This document shows, piece after piece, positions 36,147 through 45,014 of a stretch of DNA of 64,000 nucleotides; the stretch's first letter is position 1, and every line of letters begins with the position of its first letter. The notes beneath the pieces are model-generated. The model saw nothing but the letters and a program-made list of their open reading frames with translations. It was not told the origin of the DNA and made no database searches. Origin of the DNA: an uncultured Candidatus Saccharibacteria bacterium (GTDB lineage Bacteria; Patescibacteriota; Minisyncoccia; Phycocordibacterales; CAYGLL01). The stretch lies in the NCBI GenBank assembly GCA_964350935.1, contig CAYGLL010000005.1, positions 1,544-65,543 on the forward strand, in the 5' to 3' direction. The translations under genes were made by a program, and so were the position numbers.

Positions 36147-37580
36147 TTATTTAATTATCCTCACCACCCCTTTATCCGCATCAACTTCCACCATATCGCC
36201 GTCCTTCAGGACCTTCGTGGCGATCTTGGTTCCTACAATACAAGGCTTCTTAAGTTCACGTGCAACAATCGCGGCATGTGAAGTAATTCCACCCTCATCG
36301 GTCACAAAAGCGGAAGCGATCTTCATTGCCGGCGTATAATCAGGCATTGTCGTCCGTGCGACAAGGATATTTCCTTGCTTAACCTTTCCGAGGTCTTCTT
36401 TAGAAAACACGAGTGCAATCTGGCCTGTAACCTTTCCTTTGAACGCAGGAGTACCTTTAATATTCGTATCAGTCTCCACCTTCGTCACGATCTCAACCAC
36501 TTCAGTGACGAAGTCTTCCTCGGTGATCGTCTCCGTCTCACCTTGCCGGTAATAGAATACGAACAAGCCCGTAGTTCTCTTTTTGAGAGCATCGATATCC
36601 GGCAAAACTCCCGATTCAAGATAAGCTATTACTTCGCGATTCATGAGATAAGCCATATCTTTTGCGTCCACCGATGTTCCGCTTTCCGACATAGAGCGAG
36701 CCATTTTTTGAAACAAACCGCGCACGTGGACCTGAACCTTTTTAAAAATATCCACTCGTGCTGTACGCAAGTAGATGTATTTATTAATGAACTTCGCCCC
36801 AGCTTTTAAATAAGGATCTGTTATCTCATCTCTTGTTTTTTCAAAATGCTTTTTTCCTTCCTCGATATGGGAAAGGATACTTTCTTTTTCGATCCTCGCT
36901 TGATCTGCGGTCAACGACCCAACTTCTTTCTCAAAATATGTTTCGTCCCAAAGTGTCTCTACAAAAGAATACTCTCCACCCCATGAATAGTTCTGAGCGA
37001 GATCACTAATTCGTGCCTTGCGCTCGGAAAGAGGCGCGACGGCAGTATCACATACAGCGATCCTGATCTTTTGGTAATCAATGAGCTCCGTGGGAGATGT
37101 TATGGCTGCATAGATATCTTCGTATGTCTTTGGGTATGTTCCTTGAAGTTTCGCGAGATACACCGGCGTAAAATAATCTTCAAGTACCCACGGCATCCAA
37201 GCGTATGGGGCAATTTTCGGCATGAGTGTCAGCCACATCTTATACGCAATAAGTATTTCTTTTGAATCCGTATTCGTTCTTTTTATCTTCTCGATCGTTT
37301 CCTCACGAAATTTTTCAACCGCCTCATATTCATCGATATGTTTCTGCATCGACTCAGCGTCTTTGAAGACTTCTTTCAGATATTCAAATATCCAGTCCCG
37401 ATGAGTCCTGTCGATGTAATAACCTCGATTACCATTTCCAAGCGGAACAGTAACCACTGTCGGCTTTTTATCGTTCGACAATAGACTGACAAGCGCGGCG
37501 TATTCATCACGTTGGGTCGTTGACGGTCGCGAAGCCCAAAATACTACCTTCTTAAAAAAATCAGGAATTTTTTTACTCAT
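36147..37580 (-). CDS. PEP-utilising-enzyme mobile domain protein lacking an ATP-binding domain (paralog 2 of 4)
   Basis: 477 aa. C-terminal ILVARTTMPDYTPAMKIASAFVTDEGGITSHAAIVARELKKPCIVGTKIATKVLKDGDMVEVDADKGVVRIIK. The N-terminal ~370 aa are unrecognised. The last ~45 nt of the coding sequence are almost identical to paralogs 1 and 3. Confidence 0.7.
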   Translation of the reverse strand: MSKKIPDFFKKVVFWASRPSTTQRDEYAALVSLLSNDKKPTVVTVPLGNGNRGYYIDRTHRDWIFEYLKEVFKDAESMQKHIDEYEAVEKFREETIEKIKRTNTDSKEILIAYKMWLTLMPKIAPYAWMPWVLEDYFTPVYLAKLQGTYPKTYEDIYAAITSPTELIDYQKIRIAVCDTAVAPLSERKARISDLAQNYSWGGEYSFVETLWDETYFEKEVGSLTADQARIEKESILSHIEEGKKHFEKTRDEITDPYLKAGAKFINKYIYLRTARVDIFKKVQVHVRGLFQKMARSMSESGTSVDAKDMAYLMNREVIAYLESGVLPDIDALKKRTTGLFVFYYRQGETETITEEDFVTEVVEIVTKVETDTNIKGTPAFKGKVTGQIALVFSKEDLGKVKQGNILVARTTMPDYTPAMKIASAFVTDEGGITSHAAIVARELKKPCIVGTKIATKVLKDGDMVEVDADKGVVRIIK

Positions 37581-39007
37581 TTGATTATCCTCACCACCCC
37601 CTTATCTGCGTCCACTTCCACCATGTCACCATCTTTTAAAATTTGAGTTGCAAATTTAGTTCCGATAACACAAGGCTTATTGATCTCTCGAGAAACGATC
37701 GCCGCATGACAAAGCATGCCTCCAATGTCGGTTATGATCGCGCCTGCCTTATGCATTAAAACCACAAAGTCGGGCGTGGTCATAGTTGAAACCAAAACAT
37801 CCCCAGTTTCCATTTTTGCAAAATCATGTGTATTCATAATAACTTTTGCTGGACCGGTATAGTGCCCTTTATTACCAACCTGACCTCGTATTTCCTTATC
37901 TGAAATATTCGCCTCTGGAATCATTAATTTTTTTAAGCGTTCAACATCTTCGGGATCCTCACTAAAGAAAACTTTCTCTCCTTTTCCCGCAAATAAAATC
38001 GTGTCCATCGCTTGTCTACACTTTGCATTATTCTTTAATGTTTCTGCGTTTACACGCCCTTTCAACGCTTCAACCACTTCAACGTCAAGTTGTAGTAGCA
38101 ATTCCTGATAAGTAAGTCCGAACTTATTTCCGATAGCTTTGAGGTATGGCTGAGCTTTTTCTGACAACATAAAGAAATACTCAGCCCCTGCCTGTCGAAT
38201 ATATCCACAGTAGCTCATACATTTTGCATGAAAGGCAAGACTTTCTGAAACAGCGGGTAACGCCTTCCTCTTCGGGGTGTGCTCATCCGTAGCATGGACA
38301 ATCTGTTCATACAACCTTTCAACAGTGAGAGGTTCGCCGACAAGATTAGCAATTTCAATCCAGGCAAACCGCTGTGCATGATCTTTAAGTTTTTGGTAAA
38401 GCTCCTCATCTTTTTTTATTTCTTCAAGCGAGCGGCCACCGACCTCTTTTTTGAGCTCTACCACTTCTCTGTGCTGTTGATTTAGCGGCGTATCAAACTT
38501 TGGAATAGTTTCGGATAACAACTCTGCCGGAAATGACTCAGCCACTGCTGCATCTGCTAATTTTTCCTGCGCATGTTCTGAAAACTGCTCCGCTCCCAAC
38601 ATCCAAAGAAACGTGATCTTTTTTCCAAGAATAAGATATTCTGAAAAAGCCTCTGCGGTTAGTTTTTTATCTTTGAACGTTTTTCCAAAAACAACTGCCT
38701 CTCTAAAATAATCGTCAGAGACTGTGACCATATTCTTAAAGAAAGCTTCATCTTTTACTTCTATCTTCTGCCTGATTTGTTTTCCTATATTCTCGATCTC
38801 TGACTTTTTAATAAAAAAATTTCCTTGCGTGAGTACTGCCGTTCCGGATTCTTCTGTTTCTATTCCAAGCCTATCTGCCACTTCCCTGCTGAAGCAATCT
38901 GCCCAAAAACATGCGGAAAATAAATTTTGCTTCCAAAGACCGAAGAAATGATACGCCTTCGGATCAAAGTTTTTTAATACGGCCGATTTAAATTCAAAAG
39001 TATTCAC
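37577..39007 (-). CDS. PEP-utilising-enzyme mobile domain protein lacking an ATP-binding domain (paralog 3 of 4)
   Basis: 476 aa. C-terminal VLVSTMTTPDFVVLMHKAGAIITDIGGMLCHAAIVSREINKPCVIGTKFATQILKDGDMVEVDADKGVVRIIK. Overlaps paralog 2's start by 4 nt. Confidence 0.7.
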   Translation of the reverse strand: MNTFEFKSAVLKNFDPKAYHFFGLWKQNLFSACFWADCFSREVADRLGIETEESGTAVLTQGNFFIKKSEIENIGKQIRQKIEVKDEAFFKNMVTVSDDYFREAVVFGKTFKDKKLTAEAFSEYLILGKKITFLWMLGAEQFSEHAQEKLADAAVAESFPAELLSETIPKFDTPLNQQHREVVELKKEVGGRSLEEIKKDEELYQKLKDHAQRFAWIEIANLVGEPLTVERLYEQIVHATDEHTPKRKALPAVSESLAFHAKCMSYCGYIRQAGAEYFFMLSEKAQPYLKAIGNKFGLTYQELLLQLDVEVVEALKGRVNAETLKNNAKCRQAMDTILFAGKGEKVFFSEDPEDVERLKKLMIPEANISDKEIRGQVGNKGHYTGPAKVIMNTHDFAKMETGDVLVSTMTTPDFVVLMHKAGAIITDIGGMLCHAAIVSREINKPCVIGTKFATQILKDGDMVEVDADKGVVRIIK

Positions 39008-39012
39008 ACTAG

Positions 39013-41031
39013 TTAGGAAATAATTTTTACAATTCCCTTCTCTGCATCCACCTCGACCATATCACCGTCTTTGAGAGCTTGTGTTGCGCTTTTAGTTCCT
39101 ACGATACAGGGTATTCTGAGCTCCCTACTTACAATTGCAGCGTGACACACCACACCACCCTCATCGGTTACAATTGCGCTGCATTTTTTCATTGCAGGGA
39201 CATAATCAGGTGAGGTTGCATACGTAACCATGACATCACCGTCCTGAATTTCATCCAGATTTAATTTTGTGAGTACTAATTTTACTTTACCCGTCACAAC
39301 TCCCGGAGAAGCGGGCATACCTTTTAATTCGGGTGTTGATTCCACGCTGCTTTTCTCTAAAACTGCGTGGGCGTTTTTTAACTCGCCTGATAACTCACTA
39401 GCGGAAATGAGCTTCGATTTTCCACCAAGGGTTGCTAACACACAACCGTTCTTTCTGTCTTTGATCTGCTTAATTTCTTTTTCTGACAAAGAATCAATTC
39501 GGTAGACTTCATCGGGCGTGAAGAGATGTGCAACCGACTGATATTGTGGGTAGTTACCATCGATAAAATCAGTGAAAATACGGTCTCCTTCATCAGAATA
39601 TTCTTGAGTTTGCTCTCTCACTTTCAAGGCTTTCTTGCGCAATTCTTCAGGCACCTCACTTCTGTCCGGAATCACAAACACGTAAGCCATTGGCGACCAC
39701 CACCGCATCCAATTAGTGTAATATTCTTTCAACTCACCAACTGTCTGAATACGCTTTTTCTTTTGAACGTACGGTAGTAACTTCTCCCAATATTGATAAA
39801 ATTGGGCAGTAACTGCATCTAAAATTTTCGGATCTTTCTTAATTGCGGAAGCGATACGATCGAAGACCATTTCTATCTCCTTAAGATCGTAATACACTTC
39901 CAATACGCCAAGCTTGTTGAAGGAAAAAAGCATGTTCCGAATGTTAGTTTCTGGAACGTGTTCGTTAAAGAAATCTCTATTCGCCTCATTCCAAACATGG
40001 GCGTAAAACAAAGAGTGCTCACGACTCATATACTTACTGAGTACTATTTCTGGGTAAGAGTTCTTTTTTGAAAGCGTGGTTATCGGGCGGCTCTGAACGA
40101 TATAAAATTTGCCGGCTTCAAAAGCCCACTCGATATCACATGGAAAACCGTAATGGTTTTCGATTTTTAAAATAATCTCAGAAAGTTCGAGGATCTGCTC
40201 TGTGGTTAAAACCTGCGATGACGCTCGCGGTTCAGGAATGTCACGCCATTCATTGTTTCCATGTTCTGCGGAACTTTTTTCAGAACGATAGAGAGCGCGT
40301 TCCTGTGTCGAAACATTTACGTCTAAAATATTCCGTGGCTCTTTCTCCACCACATAGCTATCGGGTGTTATTTGCCCCGAAACAATCGCTTCGCCTAAAC
40401 CAAAACCCGCCTCAATAATGAGCTGGTTGTAATCTTCAGTCACCGGATGAACGGAAAACGCGATACCGCTCACTTCTGACTCCACCATATTCTGAACAAC
40501 CACCGCAACCGAAATCTTTGTCGCATGTAATCCTTTCTCAAATCGATAGAAAATGGCGCGTGGGGTGAAAAGCGATGACCAACAGCGTTTAACTTTTTCC
40601 AAAAGATCCACCTTCGTCGTGTTGAGATAACTTTCCAACTGACCCGCCCAGGCATGATCCATACCATCTTCAGCGGTCGCAGAAGAACGCACCGCAACAA
40701 AAGTTGTACCTAATTTTGCAAACTGTGACTCGATATCTTTTTTAATATCTTCCGGCATCTCCCGACTTAAAATCAAACCACGAATATCTTCTGAAGCGCG
40801 ATCAACCGTGTGAATCTCTTTATGATTCACCCTGCCAAGAATCGCATCGATCTCCTGAACCAGATCGGTTTCTTCGATGAATCGCTCAAAAGAATTCGAG
40901 AGTACAACAAATCCCGGCGGAACAGGAATTCCTGCCTGAGTCATCTCACCTAAAGACGCGCCTTTACCCCCAGCAAGAGAAGCATCTCCTTTATTCAAAG
41001 CATTGAAATTGCGCGTGAGTTCAGGCGACAT
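39013..41031 (-). CDS. PEP synthase / rifampin-phosphotransferase-like enzyme: N-terminal pyruvate-phosphate-dikinase-type ATP-binding domain plus C-terminal phosphohistidine swivel domain (no PEP/pyruvate TIM-barrel domain)
   Basis: 672 aa. The N-terminus (LAGGKGASLGEMTQAGIPVPPGFVV...FVAVRSSATAEDGMDHAWAGQLESYLN...VAVVVQNMVESEVSGIAFSVHPVT...CDIEWAFEAGKFYIVQSRPITTL) matches the PPDK_N/PpsA ATP-grasp domain. The C-terminus (VMVTYATSPDYVPAMKKCSAIVTDEGGVVCHAAIVSRELRIPCIVGTKSATQALKDGDMVEVDAEKGIVKIIS) is the mobile His domain. Domain order is ATP-grasp, middle domain, swivel, as in rifampin phosphotransferase. Confidence 0.8.
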   Translation of the reverse strand: MSPELTRNFNALNKGDASLAGGKGASLGEMTQAGIPVPPGFVVLSNSFERFIEETDLVQEIDAILGRVNHKEIHTVDRASEDIRGLILSREMPEDIKKDIESQFAKLGTTFVAVRSSATAEDGMDHAWAGQLESYLNTTKVDLLEKVKRCWSSLFTPRAIFYRFEKGLHATKISVAVVVQNMVESEVSGIAFSVHPVTEDYNQLIIEAGFGLGEAIVSGQITPDSYVVEKEPRNILDVNVSTQERALYRSEKSSAEHGNNEWRDIPEPRASSQVLTTEQILELSEIILKIENHYGFPCDIEWAFEAGKFYIVQSRPITTLSKKNSYPEIVLSKYMSREHSLFYAHVWNEANRDFFNEHVPETNIRNMLFSFNKLGVLEVYYDLKEIEMVFDRIASAIKKDPKILDAVTAQFYQYWEKLLPYVQKKKRIQTVGELKEYYTNWMRWWSPMAYVFVIPDRSEVPEELRKKALKVREQTQEYSDEGDRIFTDFIDGNYPQYQSVAHLFTPDEVYRIDSLSEKEIKQIKDRKNGCVLATLGGKSKLISASELSGELKNAHAVLEKSSVESTPELKGMPASPGVVTGKVKLVLTKLNLDEIQDGDVMVTYATSPDYVPAMKKCSAIVTDEGGVVCHAAIVSRELRIPCIVGTKSATQALKDGDMVEVDAEKGIVKIIS

Positions 41032-41202
41032 AAAAAGATGTTAGTACTTAAAGTATAGCATTTGAGCCATTTCTGACATTACATCTGAATGTAGAATGAA
41101 TCTCTGACAAGATTAAGTTTTATTTCTGTATGTTGACCTCAGCAATAACTACTGGTAACCTTTTTGAGGACTCAAGGAACGACACATATAGAAAGGAATC
41201 AT

Positions 41203-41481
41203 ATGAGTGCACATGCAAAACGGGGTGACCAGAACCAATTAACACTGGGTGAGATGATCGGTCGCGAGAAGCACGTACGAGAAACAGGGGTCAGACGTTG
41301 CCCTTGTGGAACACGACTACGCCGAGGCAACAAAGGGCCGTGCTCCCTTTGCCAGCAATCAAAACAGGAGCTTAGCCTTGCCGGAAACGGCGCCCAAACG
41401 AGCGCCAAACTCCGCCAGATTGAAATCCTTCGAAATCGTGCAACAACAGGGAGGAAAGTTTCTTTCTCCCTGTTCCACTAA
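41203..41481 (+). CDS. Small zinc-ribbon-like protein candidate (92 aa)
   Basis: ATG at 41203 is preceded by GAAAGGAA (SD-like). Cys pairs RRCPCGTR...GPCSLCQQ. A strong terminator hairpin plus T-run sits 15 nt downstream. It is divergent from the swivel-domain array. Could be spurious. Confidence 0.3.
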   Translation: MSAHAKRGDQNQLTLGEMIGREKHVRETGVRRCPCGTRLRRGNKGPCSLCQQSKQELSLAGNGAQTSAKLRQIEILRNRATTGRKVSFSLFH

Positions 41482-41498
41482 TTTCAGTCCAACAAACC

Positions 41499-41526
41499 GA
41501 CACCCGCACCGGGTGTCTTTTTTTAT
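41499..41526 (+). terminator. Rho-independent terminator
   Basis: GACACCCG-CAC-CGGGTGTC followed by TTTTTTTAT. Confidence 0.6.
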
Positions 41527-41562
41527 TAACGACTCAGAACTCTACCCTGAGGTTTAGCACCT

Positions 41563-43245
41563 TTATTCTGAAACTGTTTCCGAGGGAACTTCCTCCGACA
41601 CCACCTCAGTGGGAGTTGTTGGCTCAGTAGTTTGAGCGGGCTCAGTTTCTACAATTGTTTCAGGGGGATTTTCTGTTTCAACAGGATCTGAAGTAGAAAC
41701 CGGCGGTTCCGGAACCCCTTCAGGTTCAGCTGGCACCGAAGATGCTGGGATTTCAGAAACTGGCTCTAATTCAGGTTCATCGTTAGTGACTTCTTCTGGA
41801 AGAGTTTGCTCCTGAACATCTTCTGATTCATCAACAACTGATTGATCTGACGTTCCCGCCCCCGAGGTTCCGTGCGGTTCTTCCGGAACAATCTCTGGTG
41901 TTAGAGACTCTTCTTCTACAATCTCAGGCACCGGAGTTTCTACTACAACTTCTTCTGAAGAGGAACTCTCCGTTGAGGTTGCCGGCGACTCAACAATTGA
42001 ACTTTCTTCTACAACCACCAGTTCATCTTTCAAAACTTCCTGAACAGGCACTGCATCATTATTGTTCGCAAACCCCGGTGTCGGAATAGGGTCAATGCGC
42101 GGACCTAAACCATCAGGAATACGTGCGTATGATTTGTTCGGTGGAACAACCCCACATACCCCTCCCGCAGTCGAAGAACCGTTTGCTGTTCCCGCGGTTG
42201 GCTCATGCTCACACACGTCATGTCCGTCATAGGCAAACGTATCAGTGAGTTCGTTCTGAAGATTGTAAAGGCGAACCTCGTCGTGATCATTATCAAGAAT
42301 TGCCTTATTGAGATATACCGCGAGCCATCCGTGCGCCGGAATAGTTGTCTCACCACTATTCGTATTCACCGAACTTATGAAAACCTTATTTGAATTATCT
42401 ACGCTTCCGTCCCAAATATACCAACCATTCACATTAATTGAGGTCGATGCATTGTTGTACAACTCCACCCACTCACCCTGAGGTTTGAGACTCGCGTCAT
42501 CGCCAAAATCAAAACCAAAGGCCGAGCCTTCCGGATTGGGGAGAAACTCATTGATTACAATCTGTCGGGCACGGAAGGTGAGATGGATACGCTCCTCATC
42601 TCGATAACCACTCCCCGGAGTTTGACTGACTGATCCTCGATAAACGAGATCGACCGTACACAAATCTCCCTGAGGAATCTGTGCGGTGTTACCTGTCATC
42701 GTGAACGTGAGTGGCCAGGCGGTTTGTGACGTTGTTGTTCCGGTTGAAAGCGCGAGAAGCGGTCCTTCATACGAGAACGGATCAGACGCTGTCGATGCAA
42801 CCTGAATAAGACTACAAAATGCGTTACTTCCCCCGGTTTTCTCAGCCTTAATCGTGTACTGCAATGGAAATGCGTCCGGAACTGAAACCGCACCCGGAGA
42901 AATTAGTAAACTCGAGCCGTCTTCTGTTCCAATGTAGACATTCGTACTGTCGCCTGACTCTAGTGTGAAGTCGAGAGTTCCCGCACGAAGCGAGTTTCCC
43001 TGCGAGCGATCTATATCAATGAAGTATGAGAACGTATAACCGGCACTCTGTGTAAGAAGTGCAACGACAATGAGACAGGCAAGAATAATGCTGCCTGAGG
43101 AAACCAGTGAGCGTCTCCCTTTAGTTTCGTGAGCCGATTTCAACCGAAAAGTTTTCTGCACAAGAGAAAGGGGGCGGCGAACACGCACATCCTGAAACGG
43201 ACGCGCTCGCACCACCGCTGTCTTTTTTAATTCAATACTTCTCAT
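41563..43245 (-). CDS. Secreted lamin-tail-domain (LTD) protein with SipW-cognate-type signal peptide and acidic Glu/Pro/Thr/Ser-rich C-terminal tail
   Basis: 560 aa. After the N-terminal TM, AGYTFSYFIDIDRSQGNSLRAGTLDF resembles the SipW-cognate signal class (F(S/F)D.E.S.GN.F.AG.LD). The central IVINEFLPNPEGSAFGFDF...EWVELYNNASTSINVNGWYIWDG...IPAHGWLAVYL matches the LTD. The C-terminal ~180 aa are E/P/T/S/V-rich. Confidence 0.6.
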   Translation of the reverse strand: MRSIELKKTAVVRARPFQDVRVRRPLSLVQKTFRLKSAHETKGRRSLVSSGSIILACLIVVALLTQSAGYTFSYFIDIDRSQGNSLRAGTLDFTLESGDSTNVYIGTEDGSSLLISPGAVSVPDAFPLQYTIKAEKTGGSNAFCSLIQVASTASDPFSYEGPLLALSTGTTTSQTAWPLTFTMTGNTAQIPQGDLCTVDLVYRGSVSQTPGSGYRDEERIHLTFRARQIVINEFLPNPEGSAFGFDFGDDASLKPQGEWVELYNNASTSINVNGWYIWDGSVDNSNKVFISSVNTNSGETTIPAHGWLAVYLNKAILDNDHDEVRLYNLQNELTDTFAYDGHDVCEHEPTAGTANGSSTAGGVCGVVPPNKSYARIPDGLGPRIDPIPTPGFANNNDAVPVQEVLKDELVVVEESSIVESPATSTESSSSEEVVVETPVPEIVEEESLTPEIVPEEPHGTSGAGTSDQSVVDESEDVQEQTLPEEVTNDEPELEPVSEIPASSVPAEPEGVPEPPVSTSDPVETENPPETIVETEPAQTTEPTTPTEVVSEEVPSETVSE

Positions 43246-43802
43246 TAGTTTGTTTCGATTTCTTTACGGCGACTTCGACGCAGGTACATAACCTCACGAA
43301 CAATGCGCATACTTTCATCAACGATGATAATTCCAGCCGGAATTCCGATGAGAAGTAAAAAACCAACGGGCTGGCGCGCAAAATCCAAAATGTAACCGGC
43401 GTACGGCACGTCAAACGCAACGCGTCCGATCACCTCACGAAACGCTACCGGTGATGGATCAATTTCTTCATTTGCATCTCCTTTGGTGGTGAATTCTGTT
43501 GATTCACCTTCGCCTTCAATCGATACGATGCGGTGCGTTGTTGGAATCTGACGCTTAGTGTCTTCTCCGAATGTAATAACATCGCCCACAGCATATGAGT
43601 CGGCAGACTTAACAACAACAATTGAACCTGTGGTAATTGCCGGCTCCATTGAGCCTGATTTCACAATCTTTATTTCAATATTTCCGGGAACACGTACCAG
43701 AGAAACAAGAAATAGTCCGGCCACTGCAACAAGAACAACAATAAAGACAGCGTAGAAAAAGCTTGAGAGAAATGTGGTGAATCGTTGTAATGAAGTGTTC
43801 AT
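43245..43802 (-). CDS. Signal peptidase I, SipW/archaeal type (S26B)
   Basis: 185 aa. VKSGSMEPAITTGSIVVVK (SGSMEP catalytic Ser box), THRIV, and TKGDANEE (GDxN) boxes. N- and C-terminal TM helices as in B. subtilis SipW. Its start overlaps the LTD gene. Confidence 0.8.
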   Translation of the reverse strand: MNTSLQRFTTFLSSFFYAVFIVVLVAVAGLFLVSLVRVPGNIEIKIVKSGSMEPAITTGSIVVVKSADSYAVGDVITFGEDTKRQIPTTHRIVSIEGEGESTEFTTKGDANEEIDPSPVAFREVIGRVAFDVPYAGYILDFARQPVGFLLLIGIPAGIIIVDESMRIVREVMYLRRSRRKEIETN

Positions 43803-43820
43803 AGTATTACTTTCTAACTC

Positions 43821-44996
43821 CTACCAGCGCGACGAATGTGAATTGTTGGAATTAGTGCGGTTGTTGTTACCACCACGACTATCGCTACCACGCGACTCGC
43901 TATCATTTTCTAATGGACAGTAAACCGTATTACTTTTCTCAAATTTATTTTTCAATGTTTCGTAATTCCCTCCCGGATAGACCGCGTTGAACATACTAAT
44001 CACCTGCGCCGTCGTGTACGGATAGTCGACATCACCGCTTGCAGCATTCAAAAGTGCGGCAACCGTTTGCCGACCCAACGCATTTAATCCGCCACCGCCC
44101 TGAGCAAGAACCTGTAGCAATGTTTTCCCTGGAAAGGCATTCTTAAACACTTTCGAGAATTTTTTCGACGGTGTATACGGGGACGCCCAATCATCGAAAT
44201 GATGTGACTGCTTCCAGTAACCAGGACTGCACCCTTCCTCTTCGTTACTATTCCCTGTGCAGAGAAACTGCGGATTTTCGTTTGACGGTAACGCGCGAAT
44301 TCCCACGTCGACGGTCATAACATCGCTTTGCGCCGCATTTCCAAGCACACTTCCGTCACAGGTGAGCTTGGCCGTCTGAAGATTGACCGTAAGATTTCCG
44401 GCACACCAGTAGATACCCACGTAGCGCACCTGATTAATTCCGCACGCATTGTTGTTTTGTGAATCTCCGACTGCATACGTCGTGTTGTTCAACAAGGTTG
44501 AGGCTGCCTGATCGCCCGTGCTCCCGAAAACAGGCTTCTCATTTTTCTCGAAAACGTTATCGCCGTCGTCGATCCAGGCAAAGAATTCCATACCTTGAGC
44601 AAGTTCACCGTGTGCAAGATCACTGTCAACCTGACCCTCGGGTTCGTTGACACCGTTATCGGTGTTGGTGAGATTTTTAAAATCAAGACAAAGCCACGCA
44701 GATTTTTTCTTGATGTGCATACTGATCGTCGTCTTTCCTGAGTCTCCCGGCTTGATGTCGTTAAACTTGAAGAAACGATCGGCGGTTGGTATCAAATTCT
44801 TCAACGACCACGTTGAACCGGGAACGAGCAAACCATTGTACGTTGAGTAACTGTCGATCTTAAGATCAATCCCCTCAGTTGCAAACGTAATCCCCGGCTC
44901 AACACTGCGCGCAAGAAGAGACGCGACTAAAAGCCCGGATATGCCGAAGATGATGATGCCTCGCACCGCTATTCTTTTAATCGCGCCTGAAATCAT
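43821..44996 (-). CDS. TasA/camelysin-like secreted protein (divergent paralog)
   Basis: 391 aa. N-terminal TM then SVEPGITFATEGIDLKIDSYSTYNG, a degenerate SipW-cognate signal. Body composition and conserved blocks are similar to the two downstream paralogs (e.g. FFAWIDDGDNVFE, LTCDGS...NAAQSDVMTVDVGIRALPSNENPQFLC). Gly/Asn/Ser/Arg-rich C-terminal tail. Confidence 0.5.
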   Translation of the reverse strand: MISGAIKRIAVRGIIIFGISGLLVASLLARSVEPGITFATEGIDLKIDSYSTYNGLLVPGSTWSLKNLIPTADRFFKFNDIKPGDSGKTTISMHIKKKSAWLCLDFKNLTNTDNGVNEPEGQVDSDLAHGELAQGMEFFAWIDDGDNVFEKNEKPVFGSTGDQAASTLLNNTTYAVGDSQNNNACGINQVRYVGIYWCAGNLTVNLQTAKLTCDGSVLGNAAQSDVMTVDVGIRALPSNENPQFLCTGNSNEEEGCSPGYWKQSHHFDDWASPYTPSKKFSKVFKNAFPGKTLLQVLAQGGGGLNALGRQTVAALLNAASGDVDYPYTTAQVISMFNAVYPGGNYETLKNKFEKSNTVYCPLENDSESRGSDSRGGNNNRTNSNNSHSSRW

Positions 44997-45014
44997 ACGA
45001 ACTGAAGTACGTTT

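Noticed and set aside
35083-39007. Interpreting the three short swivel-domain genes as pseudogene fragments of a single PEP synthase
   Set aside because: Each has an intact ORF of 353-477 aa with a conserved catalytic-His motif, its own start codon overlapping or abutting the previous stop, and a distinct N-terminal domain. That pattern fits functional paralogs rather than frameshifted pieces. Homolog comparison would be needed to be certain.
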